Source: an uncultured delta proteobacterium (GTDB lineage: Bacteria; Desulfobacterota; Binatia; UBA9968). From it: 64,000 bases of DNA. This document shows positions 1-9,693 of the stretch, piece by piece. Below the pieces are notes generated by a model, which had not been told where the DNA came from, did no database searches, and saw only the letters and a program-made list of their open reading frames with translations. The position numbers and the translations under genes were made by a program. The stretch spans positions 64,001 to 128,000 of the forward strand of contig CAVSHR010000012.1 of NCBI GenBank assembly GCA_963727625.1. Reading direction: 5' to 3'. Within the stretch, counting starts at the first letter, position 1, and the number at the start of each line of letters is the position of its first letter.

Positions 1-212
1 TCATCCCTCGCAGACTGAAATCATCGCCTAAAATTCTTCGCTCTTCCCATGCCGCACGTTGTTAAAGAGCGGCATCCCCCCGATCCCGTCGGGCGGCATC
101 TTGAGCAGCTTGCAATCAGAGTTTTCGAAGCATTCGGGCTACCTGCGTGTAACGGCCGCATTCAGATATCTGCGAGTTCAGCATCCGACGGATTCTATAA
201 AACTGGAAAATC

Positions 213-848
213 TTAGAAGAAGGAAATATTCACGGCGCTATGGAAAAGGCCCATGTGCAGAGCGAAGACAAACCATTGCCAGCGAATGAGCCGCGCAGCA
301 ATTTTTTCCGGTGCCAAATTACGCCGTCGCAATCTGAGTAGCCGATTGAGCTTACGACCTTTGGAAATGATCTTTCGAGCGACCGCGCCCAAGCCTATCT
401 CCACCAGAAAATGAAATTGCTCTCCGAGATCTTCCGGTTCCATGCCATACTTCGACAACACCTTGGTGATGCTCGGCCGCTCCGATATGGGGATGATCCG
501 GCGCTCGGTTTCTTTGTGAGCCGCGAGCAGTGCGTCATCGCAAAGATCAATATCAGATGAAATCCAGGGAGCGCGGAAAGTCGTAAAATAACCCAGCTTG
601 CGCCGAGCCACCAGAACTGCCGCCGGCTTTGAGATCAGGGCGTAGAAAAAAGACAATACGAACGAAGCGACGCCGACTCGCCATGCAAAAAAGATGAATC
701 CAAAAAGCAATAGGCTTACCCAGACGCCACCGAGCACGACATCGGCCAAGACCTTCTTGCGACTACGCAAGTGACCGTTCAGAACCCATAAAAAACCCGT
801 CGTGAGTAGCCCGGCCTGAAGAAGAAGTATTGAAACATAACCTTTCAT
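213..848 (-). CDS. Hypothetical membrane protein (about 3 N-terminal TM helices)
   Basis: 211-aa ORF with hydrophobic N-terminal segments; same strand as, and downstream of, 884..1447. Confidence 0.6.
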   Translation of the reverse strand: MKGYVSILLLQAGLLTTGFLWVLNGHLRSRKKVLADVVLGGVWVSLLLFGFIFFAWRVGVASFVLSFFYALISKPAAVLVARRKLGYFTTFRAPWISSDIDLCDDALLAAHKETERRIIPISERPSITKVLSKYGMEPEDLGEQFHFLVEIGLGAVARKIISKGRKLNRLLRLRRRNLAPEKIAARLIRWQWFVFALHMGLFHSAVNISFF

Positions 849-883
849 GATGTCGCACCCTGCTACGTTCTTAATGCAATGGC

Positions 884-1447
884 CTATTTTTCCGCCTGCT
901 TATCCCGCACCGCCTGAATGTCTTCCAGGCAACTTGCGCACATATAGGCCGCGTGGGGCAGGAAGATCAACTCATCGGTCTCGCGCGGCTCCATGCAGAT
1001 GCCGCAGAGGCGATTCTCTTTGGCTTTCGCTTTGGCTTTCGCCGATTTGGCTTCGGACTCTTCGCCGCTTTCGGTATCCTCGGCTATGATATTCTTGCAA
1101 AGCTCGACGCACTCGTCACAAATATGCACCGACGGGCCGGCGACGAGCTTGCGCACTTCGGTTTGATGCTTGCCGCAGAACGAGCAAGCAACATGCTTGG
1201 CCTCGTCGTCAAACTTCGGTACGTGGGCGTCCCAATCATCGCCGAGTGCTTTCTTGAGCGTTTCTTCCAGCGCCGTGCCGATTTGCTGCAACTGCCGGGC
1301 GATTTCGCCGCGCTTGGGCGCGCTCTTGGAGTCGAGAAACCTGGCGGCCGCCTGTTGAAACAACCTCAAAGCCGCGCCGTACCTTTGGTCGTTAACCAAA
1401 TCAGCGCATTCGACGAAACCAAATTTGGACGGCTTAGTTGCCATCAA
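884..1447 (-). CDS. ClpX C4-type zinc-finger protein with a second Cys4 finger and no AAA+ domain
   Basis: [30 protein letters not shown] matches the ClpX N-terminal ZBD; C-terminal CGIC...CASC; purine-rich RBS (GGGGGAG) upstream. Confidence 0.8.
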   Translation of the reverse strand: MMATKPSKFGFVECADLVNDQRYGAALRLFQQAAARFLDSKSAPKRGEIARQLQQIGTALEETLKKALGDDWDAHVPKFDDEAKHVACSFCGKHQTEVRKLVAGPSVHICDECVELCKNIIAEDTESGEESEAKSAKAKAKAKENRLCGICMEPRETDELIFLPHAAYMCASCLEDIQAVRDKQAEK

Positions 1448-1463
1448 ACTCCCCCCTTTCGTT

Positions 1464-1894
1464 CTACGCCACCGCTTCCGGATCGGCGACGAACTCGATC
1501 AGCAGATACTGACTGTACACGACCCCAAAGTTAAAGATATACCGGCCGCCATAGATGACGATCGGTCCGCTGCTTTAATCGCGTTCGCGTGGGCGAAGCC
1601 GGCGCGCGTCTGCGCGGCAAAAAGCTCGGGTTAAATCTTCTCAAAACAGGCGCGGTGGTACGGCGGCCGGGCGGGACTCAGCGGCGTCGCTCCGGCTGGC
1701 ATTTCCTCGCCCTGACCAAATGAGGACGATATCGTCGCGGCGCGACACCAAAAGCGCTCGATCTTGTGCGCCTCAAGATCACGGCGGTTGGCCATCAGCG
1801 TGAAAATCGCCGCGCTGGCAGGGACTAGCGAGCAAATCAAGATCGCGGGAATGCTCCAGGCGCACAATTCGGCGAATCTGTGCAGCGACAGCAT
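1464..1894 (-). pseudogene. Possible degraded gene of unknown function
   Basis: ORF 1631..1894 continues past its TAA as PELFAAQTRAGFAHANAIK, then in another frame as [34 protein letters not shown]. Confidence 0.3.
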
Positions 1895-1898
1895 CCGA

Positions 1899-2645
1899 TC
1901 AAAGCATTACCGTGCCGCAGTTGATATTGTAGGCTTGACCGGTAATGTAAGCCGCGGCGTCGCTGGCGAGGAACAGGATCGGCCCGGCGATATCTTCGGG
2001 TTGGAGCACATGGCCGAGCGGCGTGGCGCGCAAGCGCGCCATCACCTCGTCTTCCGATCGGTGGCGGCGCGGCATGTTGGTATTCGCCGAGCCGGGGCAA
2101 ATGGCGTTGACCGTGATGCCGTCGGGGCCGAGCTCGCGCGCCAGCGCTTTGACAAAACCGATAATGCCGGCTTTGGACGCCGCATAGTCGGCAAACTCGC
2201 GCGCGCCGGTGTGGGCGATGGACGATGCGATACTGATGATGCGGCCGCTCTTCTGTCGGCGCATCGCCGGGACGAAGCCCCGTGCGCAAAGAAAGTTACC
2301 GCCTAAATTGACGTTCATCGTGCGATCCCAATCTTCCTCGCTCTTGCTCACCACCGGCGCCTTGAGATAGGTGCCGGCATCGTTGACCAGAATATCGACG
2401 CGGCCGAAGCGCTCGAATGTCCGATCCGCGAGCCGCTGCACCGACGTTTCGCTGGCGACGTTGGTTTCCACCGCGATCGCTTCGGCGCCGAGATTCTGAA
2501 CCTCCGTTGCGACGCCATGGGCCTTGTCCGCTTGTAAATCCGCCACCACGACCTTCGCGCCTTCGCGACCCATGCCGAGGGCGATGGCGCGGCCGATGCC
2601 TTGAGCACCACCGGTGATCACCGCAACTTTGTTCTGTAAGCGCAT
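1899..2645 (-). CDS. SDR family oxidoreductase (FabG-like)
   Basis: Start MRLQNKVAVITGGAQGIG (TGxxxGIG), NDAG, YAASK catalytic motif; the longer ORF in the track overlaps the upstream gene. Confidence 0.92.
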   Translation of the reverse strand: MRLQNKVAVITGGAQGIGRAIALGMGREGAKVVVADLQADKAHGVATEVQNLGAEAIAVETNVASETSVQRLADRTFERFGRVDILVNDAGTYLKAPVVSKSEEDWDRTMNVNLGGNFLCARGFVPAMRRQKSGRIISIASSIAHTGAREFADYAASKAGIIGFVKALARELGPDGITVNAICPGSANTNMPRRHRSEDEVMARLRATPLGHVLQPEDIAGPILFLASDAAAYITGQAYNINCGTVML

Positions 2646-2647
2646 GG

Positions 2648-3385
2648 CTAGACCAGCCCTCCGTTGCAATGAAATAGCTGGCCGGTGATCGCCTCGCTCT
2701 CTGCTGTGGTGAGAAAATAATACAACTCGGCGAGATCCTCCGGCGTCGCGGTCCGTCCGAGCGGAATCGCCGCATGCCAGCGCTGTTTGCGCGCCTCGGG
2801 AGTTTCCTTTTCCATGACCCGCGGCGTGTCGGTCGGTCCGGGCGCCACGGTGTTGACCCGGATCCTGTCCGGCGCCAGCTCCAGCGCCAAACTCTTGGTG
2901 AAGGCGATGATGCCGGCTTTGGCGGCCGAATAGGGAACGCGCAGTGCCGAACCGGTGACGCCGTAATTCGAAGCCGTGTTGAGAATCCGCCCGGCCTTCT
3001 GCCGTTGCATATGCGGTGCCACCTCGCGGCACATGAGAAAAGTGCCCTTCAAGTTGGTGTCGATGACCTTGCGCCATTCTGCCCATGTGAAATCCTCGAT
3101 GCGCTTGGTGAAAAAACTGCCGCCGGCGAGGTTGACCAAAACATCGATGCGGCCGAAACGCTGCGCCACGTCGGTGACCACCGCTGTCACTTCTCGCGCG
3201 ACCGTGACATCGACTGAAAGCGCCTCAGCCTTGCCGCCGGCATCGGCAATCTCGCCGCGCACCTGCTCCGCCGCGGCGTGATCATAATCGGCCACCACCA
3301 CGTTCATCCCCGCCGCCGCCAGGCGCTGCGCAACCGCCCTGCCAATGCCGTTGCCACCGCCGCTGATCAGTGCAACTGAATTCAC
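2648..3385 (-). CDS. SDR family oxidoreductase
   Basis: SGGGNGIG, NLAG, YSAAK; start overlaps the stop of the upstream ligase. Confidence 0.92.
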   Translation of the reverse strand: MNSVALISGGGNGIGRAVAQRLAAAGMNVVVADYDHAAAEQVRGEIADAGGKAEALSVDVTVAREVTAVVTDVAQRFGRIDVLVNLAGGSFFTKRIEDFTWAEWRKVIDTNLKGTFLMCREVAPHMQRQKAGRILNTASNYGVTGSALRVPYSAAKAGIIAFTKSLALELAPDRIRVNTVAPGPTDTPRVMEKETPEARKQRWHAAIPLGRTATPEDLAELYYFLTTAESEAITGQLFHCNGGLV

Positions 3386-5175
3386 GACTGTTCCCCTCCT
3401 CCGTCCGCAGAATAAATTGTGTCGATCTGACTACGATAAAGCGCGGCGACGAGCTGGCGGTCGATCTTGATTTTTTGAAAGACATTGACACTGCGCACCG
3501 CCGCGGGAAAATCCGCGGGCATGAGCGCGATCTTGCGAATTTTCTCGTAGTGCTCGAGACGCTCGTTGATGGCGTCGATTTGGCGCCACAGCAAGGTTTC
3601 GATTTCGCTGTCGGACAACCCGGCCTCGTCGCACTGGAGCGCTGCGGCGATGGCCCGTCGGTCAGGCACGATCAACGCGGCGAGGAACGGCCGGCGGTCG
3701 CCGAGCAATACCGCTTGGCGTATGCAGGGTTCATCTTCCAATTGCAGCTCGATAAAGCCCGGGTAGATATTCGATCCTTCGGAGCAATAGAAAACATCCT
3801 TCTTTCGGCCGATGATGCGCAGGGAACCGTCCGGATCGAGCGCGCCGAGATCGCCGGTGTGAAACCAACCCTCGGCGTCGAACACTTCCCGGGTCGCCTC
3901 GGGATCGTGAAAATAGCCGGGCGAAACCGTCGGGCCGCGCACGAGGATTTCGGCATCGGCGGCGATGCACACTTCGACGTTGGGAAAAGGCTTGCCGAGA
4001 CTGCCGGGGCGATTCTCGCCGATGCCGCAGAGGGTTACGCCGCCGCATTCGGTCGAGCCGTAGGAGCCGATCAAGGGGATGCCGGCTATTTCGAAGAAGC
4101 GCATGATCCGCGGCGGCATCGCGGCGCCGCTGTAGGAGATATATTTGATCCGCCCGCCGAGCGACGCGCGCACCGATTCTTTCAGGGTGCCGCGGTGGGA
4201 TTCGAATTGCCCGCTTTCGCTTTGGCTGAGCCCTTGCTTGTTATTTTTTACATCGAGCGCTTCGATGTCGCGCCAAAACCGGCGGTTCTGCCCGCGGTCG
4301 AGGATGCCGTTCCAGATCCGTTCCATGACCCGCGGCACCAGAGCCATCGCGGTGCCGGCCAAAGCTTCGACGACATCGAGATCGAGCTCCAGCTCGGTGG
4401 CCTCGATGAGCGCGGTGCTCCGGCCGATCACCGCGCTCTTGAGAAAACCGAAGCGGCCGAGCAGATGATTGAGACTGAGCACGACGAGAAATAATTCCTC
4501 CGGCCTGGCGACCGCGATCTCCCCCCCGTTAGTGATGTTGGAAAGCAGATTGTCCTGCGTTCGCATGACGCCCTTGGGCTCGCCGGTCGAGCCTGAAGTA
4601 TACATGATCGTCGCCAAATCGTTAGGCTGGACCGAACCGAGAATCTCGCCGAGACGATGCGAATCGACCGCCTTGCCCCGTTCAACCAGTTGGTTAAACG
4701 ACAGCGTGCCGGGCAATTCCGCGTCGGGCTGGTGCATCACGAATATCTGCGCCAATGCCGGCAACTGGCCTTGCAAATTCATCAAGCGCCGCACCGCCGC
4801 GGCGTCCTGCACGAACGCGGCCCGGCAACGCGAGTGAGTGAGCACCTTGAATAGCAGGCCATCAGACATGGACGGCGAGACCACCACGTTGGGCAAGCCG
4901 CCCGCCAGGGTCGCCAGATCAGCGCACAACCAGGGCAAGCTGTTTTCGCCGATGATCGCGACTGCGTCGCCGGGAGCGAGGCGAAGGTCGTATAGCGCCA
5001 GCAAAAGGCTTTGCGTCAGCGCGCCGAATTCGCGCCAGGAGACGGTCTCGAAACGATCCCTTTTTTGCAACTTGACGCAGAGGCGATCGCCAAGCTCATT
5101 AACCCTCTGGAAGAAAATCCGGCCGATATGCCGGCTCGGCGGTGCTGAGTAGTTCTGCGCGGTTGGTGAATTCAT
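3382..5175 (-). CDS. AMP-dependent long-chain fatty-acyl-CoA synthetase-like ligase
   Basis: YTSGSTGEPKG AMP-binding motif, YGSTE, GWFHTGDLG, IIGRKKD. Confidence 0.9.
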   Translation of the reverse strand: MNSPTAQNYSAPPSRHIGRIFFQRVNELGDRLCVKLQKRDRFETVSWREFGALTQSLLLALYDLRLAPGDAVAIIGENSLPWLCADLATLAGGLPNVVVSPSMSDGLLFKVLTHSRCRAAFVQDAAAVRRLMNLQGQLPALAQIFVMHQPDAELPGTLSFNQLVERGKAVDSHRLGEILGSVQPNDLATIMYTSGSTGEPKGVMRTQDNLLSNITNGGEIAVARPEELFLVVLSLNHLLGRFGFLKSAVIGRSTALIEATELELDLDVVEALAGTAMALVPRVMERIWNGILDRGQNRRFWRDIEALDVKNNKQGLSQSESGQFESHRGTLKESVRASLGGRIKYISYSGAAMPPRIMRFFEIAGIPLIGSYGSTECGGVTLCGIGENRPGSLGKPFPNVEVCIAADAEILVRGPTVSPGYFHDPEATREVFDAEGWFHTGDLGALDPDGSLRIIGRKKDVFYCSEGSNIYPGFIELQLEDEPCIRQAVLLGDRRPFLAALIVPDRRAIAAALQCDEAGLSDSEIETLLWRQIDAINERLEHYEKIRKIALMPADFPAAVRSVNVFQKIKIDRQLVAALYRSQIDTIYSADGGGEQS

Positions 5176-6545
5176 AGCGGTGTGAAATGCGCCGGGTCAT
5201 ATTTGCCGCGGCTCGGCTCTTCGATCCGTCTAAGGCCTTTGATACCGGTTCGGTTGGCGTGGGCGTAGAGCAGCGCCTCCGCCACATCGTTAAGGTGGCC
5301 ACATAAGTACTTGCGCGCCGGTACGGCGAGACGCAACAGCTCTATGCCTCGCGCACTCTGGCTTGGCGCCGGCGGCGCTCCCTTGGTCAAACGAACCCCG
5401 GCTATTCGATAGACAAACGCCGCCAATGCTTCAGCCGGAAAGTTTTCCGGACCGAGATGCGGCAGAAACTCTTTCACGTCGATAAACACGCCATGTCCGC
5501 CCGCCGGATGCACCAGGGGCACGCTGCCGTTCAACCGGCGCCAGAGGTAACCCACCTGCCCGACCCGATGGGCGATGTACGACTCGGCCGAGAAAATATC
5601 TTCGAGCGCAGCAGTCAAGAGCTCCATCGCGCCACCCGATAACTGCGCGCCGTCGAGAAAACACTGCATGGCGGCTTTTCGATAGCGGGCTTCATCCCGG
5701 GTCATGATCAAACCGCCAGACGAGACCAATAAGTCTTTGAGCGCACTCATGGTGCAGCCATCGGCCTGCGCGCAGGTCTCCTCGACGATTTCGCGAATCG
5801 CGCGGTTTTGATATCCGGCTTCTCGCTCTCTGATGAGAAAACTGTTCTCAAGAATGCGGCAGGCGTCGAGAAAAACCGGAATTCTACAAGCCGCGGCGAT
5901 GGCTCGGACCGCTTTGAGGTTGGCCAAAGATACCGGCTGACCGCCGCAGGCATTGACGCCGAGCTCGATGTAAATGCAGCTGACCTTGCCGGCGCCATGT
6001 TCGGCGATAACGGCGCGCAATTTTTTCAGATCGAGATTACCCTTGAAAGGCTCTTCCGACGTGAGATCATGAGCCGCGCCGCCGATCACGTCGACGACGC
6101 CGGCACCGTTCATTTCGATATGGCTTCGAGTCGACGGAAACAGCATGTTGCCGGCCACCACGCCGCCGGGTTTCACATTGAGCTTTGCCCAGATGCGCTC
6201 CGCCGCCCGGCCTTGGGTGATCGGAATCACGAAGGGAAAACCGAAAATTCCTTTCACCGCGCCGGCCAGCCGAGCCAACGCGCTGCTGCCTTCGGCCGCC
6301 AAGCCCATGCCGGGTTCGACGAACTTTGCGCCCGTCAAAACCGTGAGTTGGTTGGTGCTAAGCGAACTGACACCACTGTCGGTACTGAGATCGACGTAAA
6401 TCAACTCCTGGGGGATCAGCTCAGTATTGTAATAAGCGGCGCCGAGCGCCGCTTGGCGCTCGGCCAAGGTCGTTTGGCGCAGCGGACGCACCGCAGCGAT
6501 TTCGTAGGGCACGGAGAAAGTTACGCTGAGCGAATTGCTTCCCAT
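5172..6545 (-). CDS. Divergent tryptophanase/tyrosine phenol-lyase family PLP enzyme
   Basis: VDLSTDSG, QGRAAE, GGQPVS, DACR, MSALKD (PLP Lys), LLRLAVP; start taken at MGSNS. Confidence 0.85.
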   Translation of the reverse strand: MGSNSLSVTFSVPYEIAAVRPLRQTTLAERQAALGAAYYNTELIPQELIYVDLSTDSGVSSLSTNQLTVLTGAKFVEPGMGLAAEGSSALARLAGAVKGIFGFPFVIPITQGRAAERIWAKLNVKPGGVVAGNMLFPSTRSHIEMNGAGVVDVIGGAAHDLTSEEPFKGNLDLKKLRAVIAEHGAGKVSCIYIELGVNACGGQPVSLANLKAVRAIAAACRIPVFLDACRILENSFLIREREAGYQNRAIREIVEETCAQADGCTMSALKDLLVSSGGLIMTRDEARYRKAAMQCFLDGAQLSGGAMELLTAALEDIFSAESYIAHRVGQVGYLWRRLNGSVPLVHPAGGHGVFIDVKEFLPHLGPENFPAEALAAFVYRIAGVRLTKGAPPAPSQSARGIELLRLAVPARKYLCGHLNDVAEALLYAHANRTGIKGLRRIEEPSRGKYDPAHFTPL

Positions 6546-6622
6546 TTCTTTGCACTCCCGGATCGGATCAACGTCTGCATTAGCATGAAATGAGAACAAC
6601 CAAAATAACAACCGGTTGTGGC

Positions 6623-7435
6623 TTAGGAATTCCCCTGCGCCGCCGGCGGCTGGCGCTGCCCTTGGCGCGCCCGCAGTAGCGACATGGCACGGTGCACCAT
6701 CTTCCGTTCGGTGGCAAACTTGAGCAGCTCGATCGCCTCCTCGATGGGGAACCAGCGCGCGTCGTCGGCCTCGTGATCATGATCGCGTACGTCACCTTTG
6801 AGATAACGCAAAAGAAAAAAGTGCACCCGCTTATTGATTCGCACTGCGTTATCGCCCTTGGTTTTGTCCCGATAGGAATAACGAATCTCGCCCAATTTCC
6901 GAATCAGCTTGCCTTCCAGGCCGGTCTCTTCGCGCACCTCGCGCATCGCCGCCTGTTCATCCCGCTCGCCCTCCTCAACATGGCCTTTGGGCAGCCCCCA
7001 ACGATGGCGCACGTAAATCAGGGCGATTTCATAGTCGTCGGCGTTACGCCGGTAGATCACGCCGCCGGCCGAGACTTCGCTGACCGTACGGATATTGTCG
7101 TCCTTCGCAGCAGTATTGTTGGGTACTTGAGCGCGTAGCCAGCCCAGATAACCGGCGCTGCCGGCGATAACCGGCAGTGCGATAATCTCAGGAACCGAAT
7201 AGCTATGCAGCGCCCGGATGCGCTTCTCCAACGCGGGGAACACCTCTTTGCGGGTTTTGATGATTAGTAACTCCTCGTCGTTCTGCTCCACCTGGCCCTG
7301 CCATCGATACACCGATCGTACCGATTGGATGCGGTTGACGCAGGCGGCGAGCTTTTCCCCGACCAGCGTCTGGGCCAGATGCTCCGCCTCTTCGGCCGAT
7401 CCGGCAGTCACGTAAACGACGATTAATTCATTCAT
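6623..7435 (-). CDS. cutA: CutA (divalent cation tolerance) domain fused to a Nudix hydrolase
   Basis: N-terminal LAACVN...SVYRWQG...LHSYSVPEII (CutA1); C-terminal Nudix box GHVEEGERDEQAAMREVREETG. Confidence 0.88.
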   Translation of the reverse strand: MNELIVVYVTAGSAEEAEHLAQTLVGEKLAACVNRIQSVRSVYRWQGQVEQNDEELLIIKTRKEVFPALEKRIRALHSYSVPEIIALPVIAGSAGYLGWLRAQVPNNTAAKDDNIRTVSEVSAGGVIYRRNADDYEIALIYVRHRWGLPKGHVEEGERDEQAAMREVREETGLEGKLIRKLGEIRYSYRDKTKGDNAVRINKRVHFFLLRYLKGDVRDHDHEADDARWFPIEEAIELLKFATERKMVHRAMSLLRARQGQRQPPAAQGNS

Positions 7436-7529
7436 TGTAGCGATTTTATAACCGCCCTTCGGCAGCAGTCAATGAACCAGCCGACAAGTAGCTTGCCTGT
7501 TGTCTACTCTCTGAATTAACTTAAATTCA

Positions 7530-8249
7530 ATGAATACCAAAGAGGACCTCCGCAATCGGGTCTGGAAGCTTTTACAGGAACAAAGAGCCGCCCGATTTCC
7601 CGGGGCGGTGGGAAGGATTCCCAATTTTGTAGGCGCTGAAGCCTGCGCTAAATTGCTGGCCGAAACCCCCCACTGGCAAGCCGCGAAAGCTTTAAAGATC
7701 AATCCCGACTCGCCGCAGCGCGCCATCCGGCAAAGAGCCTTGGCCGACGGCAAAATCGTTTACATGGCGGTGCCGCGCCTGCGCAGTGAAAAGCCGTTCA
7801 TCGAGCTCGATCCAGAAAAACTCAAATGCTCACCCTATGCCGCTTCGTCGATCAAAGGCGCGAGCCAACACGGCCGCCCGGTTGGATTGAATGAAATGAA
7901 AAGCATTGATCTCGTCGTGTGCGGCTCCGTCGCCGTCAATCGCCAAGGTGCGCGGGTCGGCAAAGGCGGCGGTTATTCCGATCTGGAGTTCGCCCTATTG
8001 ACGGAAAGAAAAAAGATCACAGGCGTCATACCGATCGTCACCTCCGTGCATCCTCTGCAGATCGTCGAGCAGCCGATACCGATGACTGACCATGACATCC
8101 CGCTCACCGCCGTCGTCACGCCGAGCGAAATTATCGAAATGAGGACACGCTTGCCACGCCCCAAAGGGATTTATTGGAAGCTGTTGCCGCAAGATAAAAT
8201 CGACGCCATTCCGGTGCTGAAACGGGCTCAACCGCGATCCGCCGTCTGA
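7530..8249 (+). CDS. 5-formyltetrahydrofolate cyclo-ligase-like protein (COG0212/MTHFSD type)
   Basis: RIPNFVGA, NPDSPQ, RVGKGGGYSDLE, HDIP. Confidence 0.85.
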   Translation: MNTKEDLRNRVWKLLQEQRAARFPGAVGRIPNFVGAEACAKLLAETPHWQAAKALKINPDSPQRAIRQRALADGKIVYMAVPRLRSEKPFIELDPEKLKCSPYAASSIKGASQHGRPVGLNEMKSIDLVVCGSVAVNRQGARVGKGGGYSDLEFALLTERKKITGVIPIVTSVHPLQIVEQPIPMTDHDIPLTAVVTPSEIIEMRTRLPRPKGIYWKLLPQDKIDAIPVLKRAQPRSAV

Positions 8250-8319
8250 GTCGAGCTGCGGTTGAAGCCCTTTTCCATCTATGTTTATGTTAGCTCAATA
8301 AAATTAAGGAATGACGACT

Positions 8320-8709
8320 ATGGCTACCGTAAATATCGACTTTGCCAAGGGCAACGGTCTAGTGCCCGTGATCGTGCAAGACTATCAAACGCGCGACGTG
8401 CTGATGGTCGCTTACATGAACGAAGAGGCCTGGGAAAAAACCAAGGAAACCGGCAAGGCCCACTACTATAGCCGGTCGCGCCAGGGCCCTTGGTTCAAAG
8501 GCGAGGAGTCGGGCCATTTTCAGGAAGTCAAAGACGCGTTTATCGACTGCGACAACGACACGATTCTGCTCCAAGTCAATCAGATCGGCGGCGCCGCCTG
8601 CCACGAAGGCTACCGCAGCTGCTTCTTCCGCCAGCGCACCGACGGCGACTGGAAAATCATCGCGGACCGAGTGTTTGATCCTAAAGAAGTCTACAAAAAA
8701 TCAACATGA
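8320..8709 (+). CDS. hisI: Phosphoribosyl-AMP cyclohydrolase
   Basis: YSRSR...[22 protein letters not shown]; AAGGA RBS spacing favours the ATG at 8320. Confidence 0.95.
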   Translation: MATVNIDFAKGNGLVPVIVQDYQTRDVLMVAYMNEEAWEKTKETGKAHYYSRSRQGPWFKGEESGHFQEVKDAFIDCDNDTILLQVNQIGGAACHEGYRSCFFRQRTDGDWKIIADRVFDPKEVYKKST

Positions 8710-8742
8710 AAGACGGTTAAAGGGTTTCAAGGTTGCAGATCT

Positions 8743-9642
8743 ATGGAAGCTAATCGAGAATTAAAACTAGGAATTCCCAAGGGGAGCCTCGAACAGATGA
8801 CCATCGAGCTCTTCAAGAAGTCAGGCTGGAAAATTTCAGCCTCAAGCCGCAGCTACTTCCCCTCTATCGACGATCCAACCATCCGCTGCAGCTTGGCCCG
8901 GCCGCAGGAAATGTCGCGCTACGTGGAGATGGGGACGCTGGATGTCGCCATTACTGGCAAAGATTGGACGATTGAGAACAATTCAGACGTGCACGTCGTT
9001 TGCGAAATGGTCTACTCAAAAACCAGTTTTCGCCCGACGCGCTGGGTCATCGCGGTACCGCAAAATTCACCGATCAAAAAGCTCGAAGATCTCAAGGGCA
9101 AAAGGATCTCCACGGAGATGGTGAATTTCACCAAGCGCTACTTCAGGGAACGAAACATTTCCGTCGAAGTCGAATTTTCCTGGGGCGCTACGGAGGCCAA
9201 AGCGGCCGAAGGGCTCGTCGATGCGATCGTCGAGGTCACGGAAACAGGCAGCACGATCCGTGCCGCCGGACTCCATATCATCCATGAGATGATGGAATCT
9301 TGCCCGCAGCTCATCGCCAATAAGCAATCCTGGCAAGACCCATGGAAGCGATCCAAGATCGAGCAGATCAAACTCTTGTTGCTGGGCGCGCTGTCCGCCG
9401 AAGCCAAGGTCGGCATCAAGCTCAACGTGGCGGAAGCGAATTTGGAAAAAATCGTCGAGCTGATCCCGAGTATCACCGCACCGACCATTGCGACCCTTCA
9501 CCCTTCGCCCAATTTAAAAGGCGTCAAGTGGTATTCGATTGAGAGCGTACTCGATGAAGCGAAAGTGAGAGATCTAATTCCGCAGCTGATTCAGAACGGC
9601 GCGGTGGGCATTATCGAATACCCGCTGAATAAAATTATTTAA
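8743..9642 (+). CDS. hisG: ATP phosphoribosyltransferase, long form
   Basis: [27 protein letters not shown]-terminal regulatory domain. Confidence 0.95.
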   Translation: MEANRELKLGIPKGSLEQMTIELFKKSGWKISASSRSYFPSIDDPTIRCSLARPQEMSRYVEMGTLDVAITGKDWTIENNSDVHVVCEMVYSKTSFRPTRWVIAVPQNSPIKKLEDLKGKRISTEMVNFTKRYFRERNISVEVEFSWGATEAKAAEGLVDAIVEVTETGSTIRAAGLHIIHEMMESCPQLIANKQSWQDPWKRSKIEQIKLLLLGALSAEAKVGIKLNVAEANLEKIVELIPSITAPTIATLHPSPNLKGVKWYSIESVLDEAKVRDLIPQLIQNGAVGIIEYPLNKII

Positions 9643-9693
9643 GACCGACGTCAGGTTTGAGGGAAAGACTAGAGCGAAAGCGAATCATTCTCG

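Noticed and set aside
1899-3086. 395-aa ORF suggesting an N-terminally extended SDR
   Set aside because: The extension overlaps the upstream SDR in another frame; the real start is the ATG at 2645
5172-6545. Calling this gene tnaA or tpl
   Set aside because: Key catalytic and specificity motifs differ, so only a family-level call is supported
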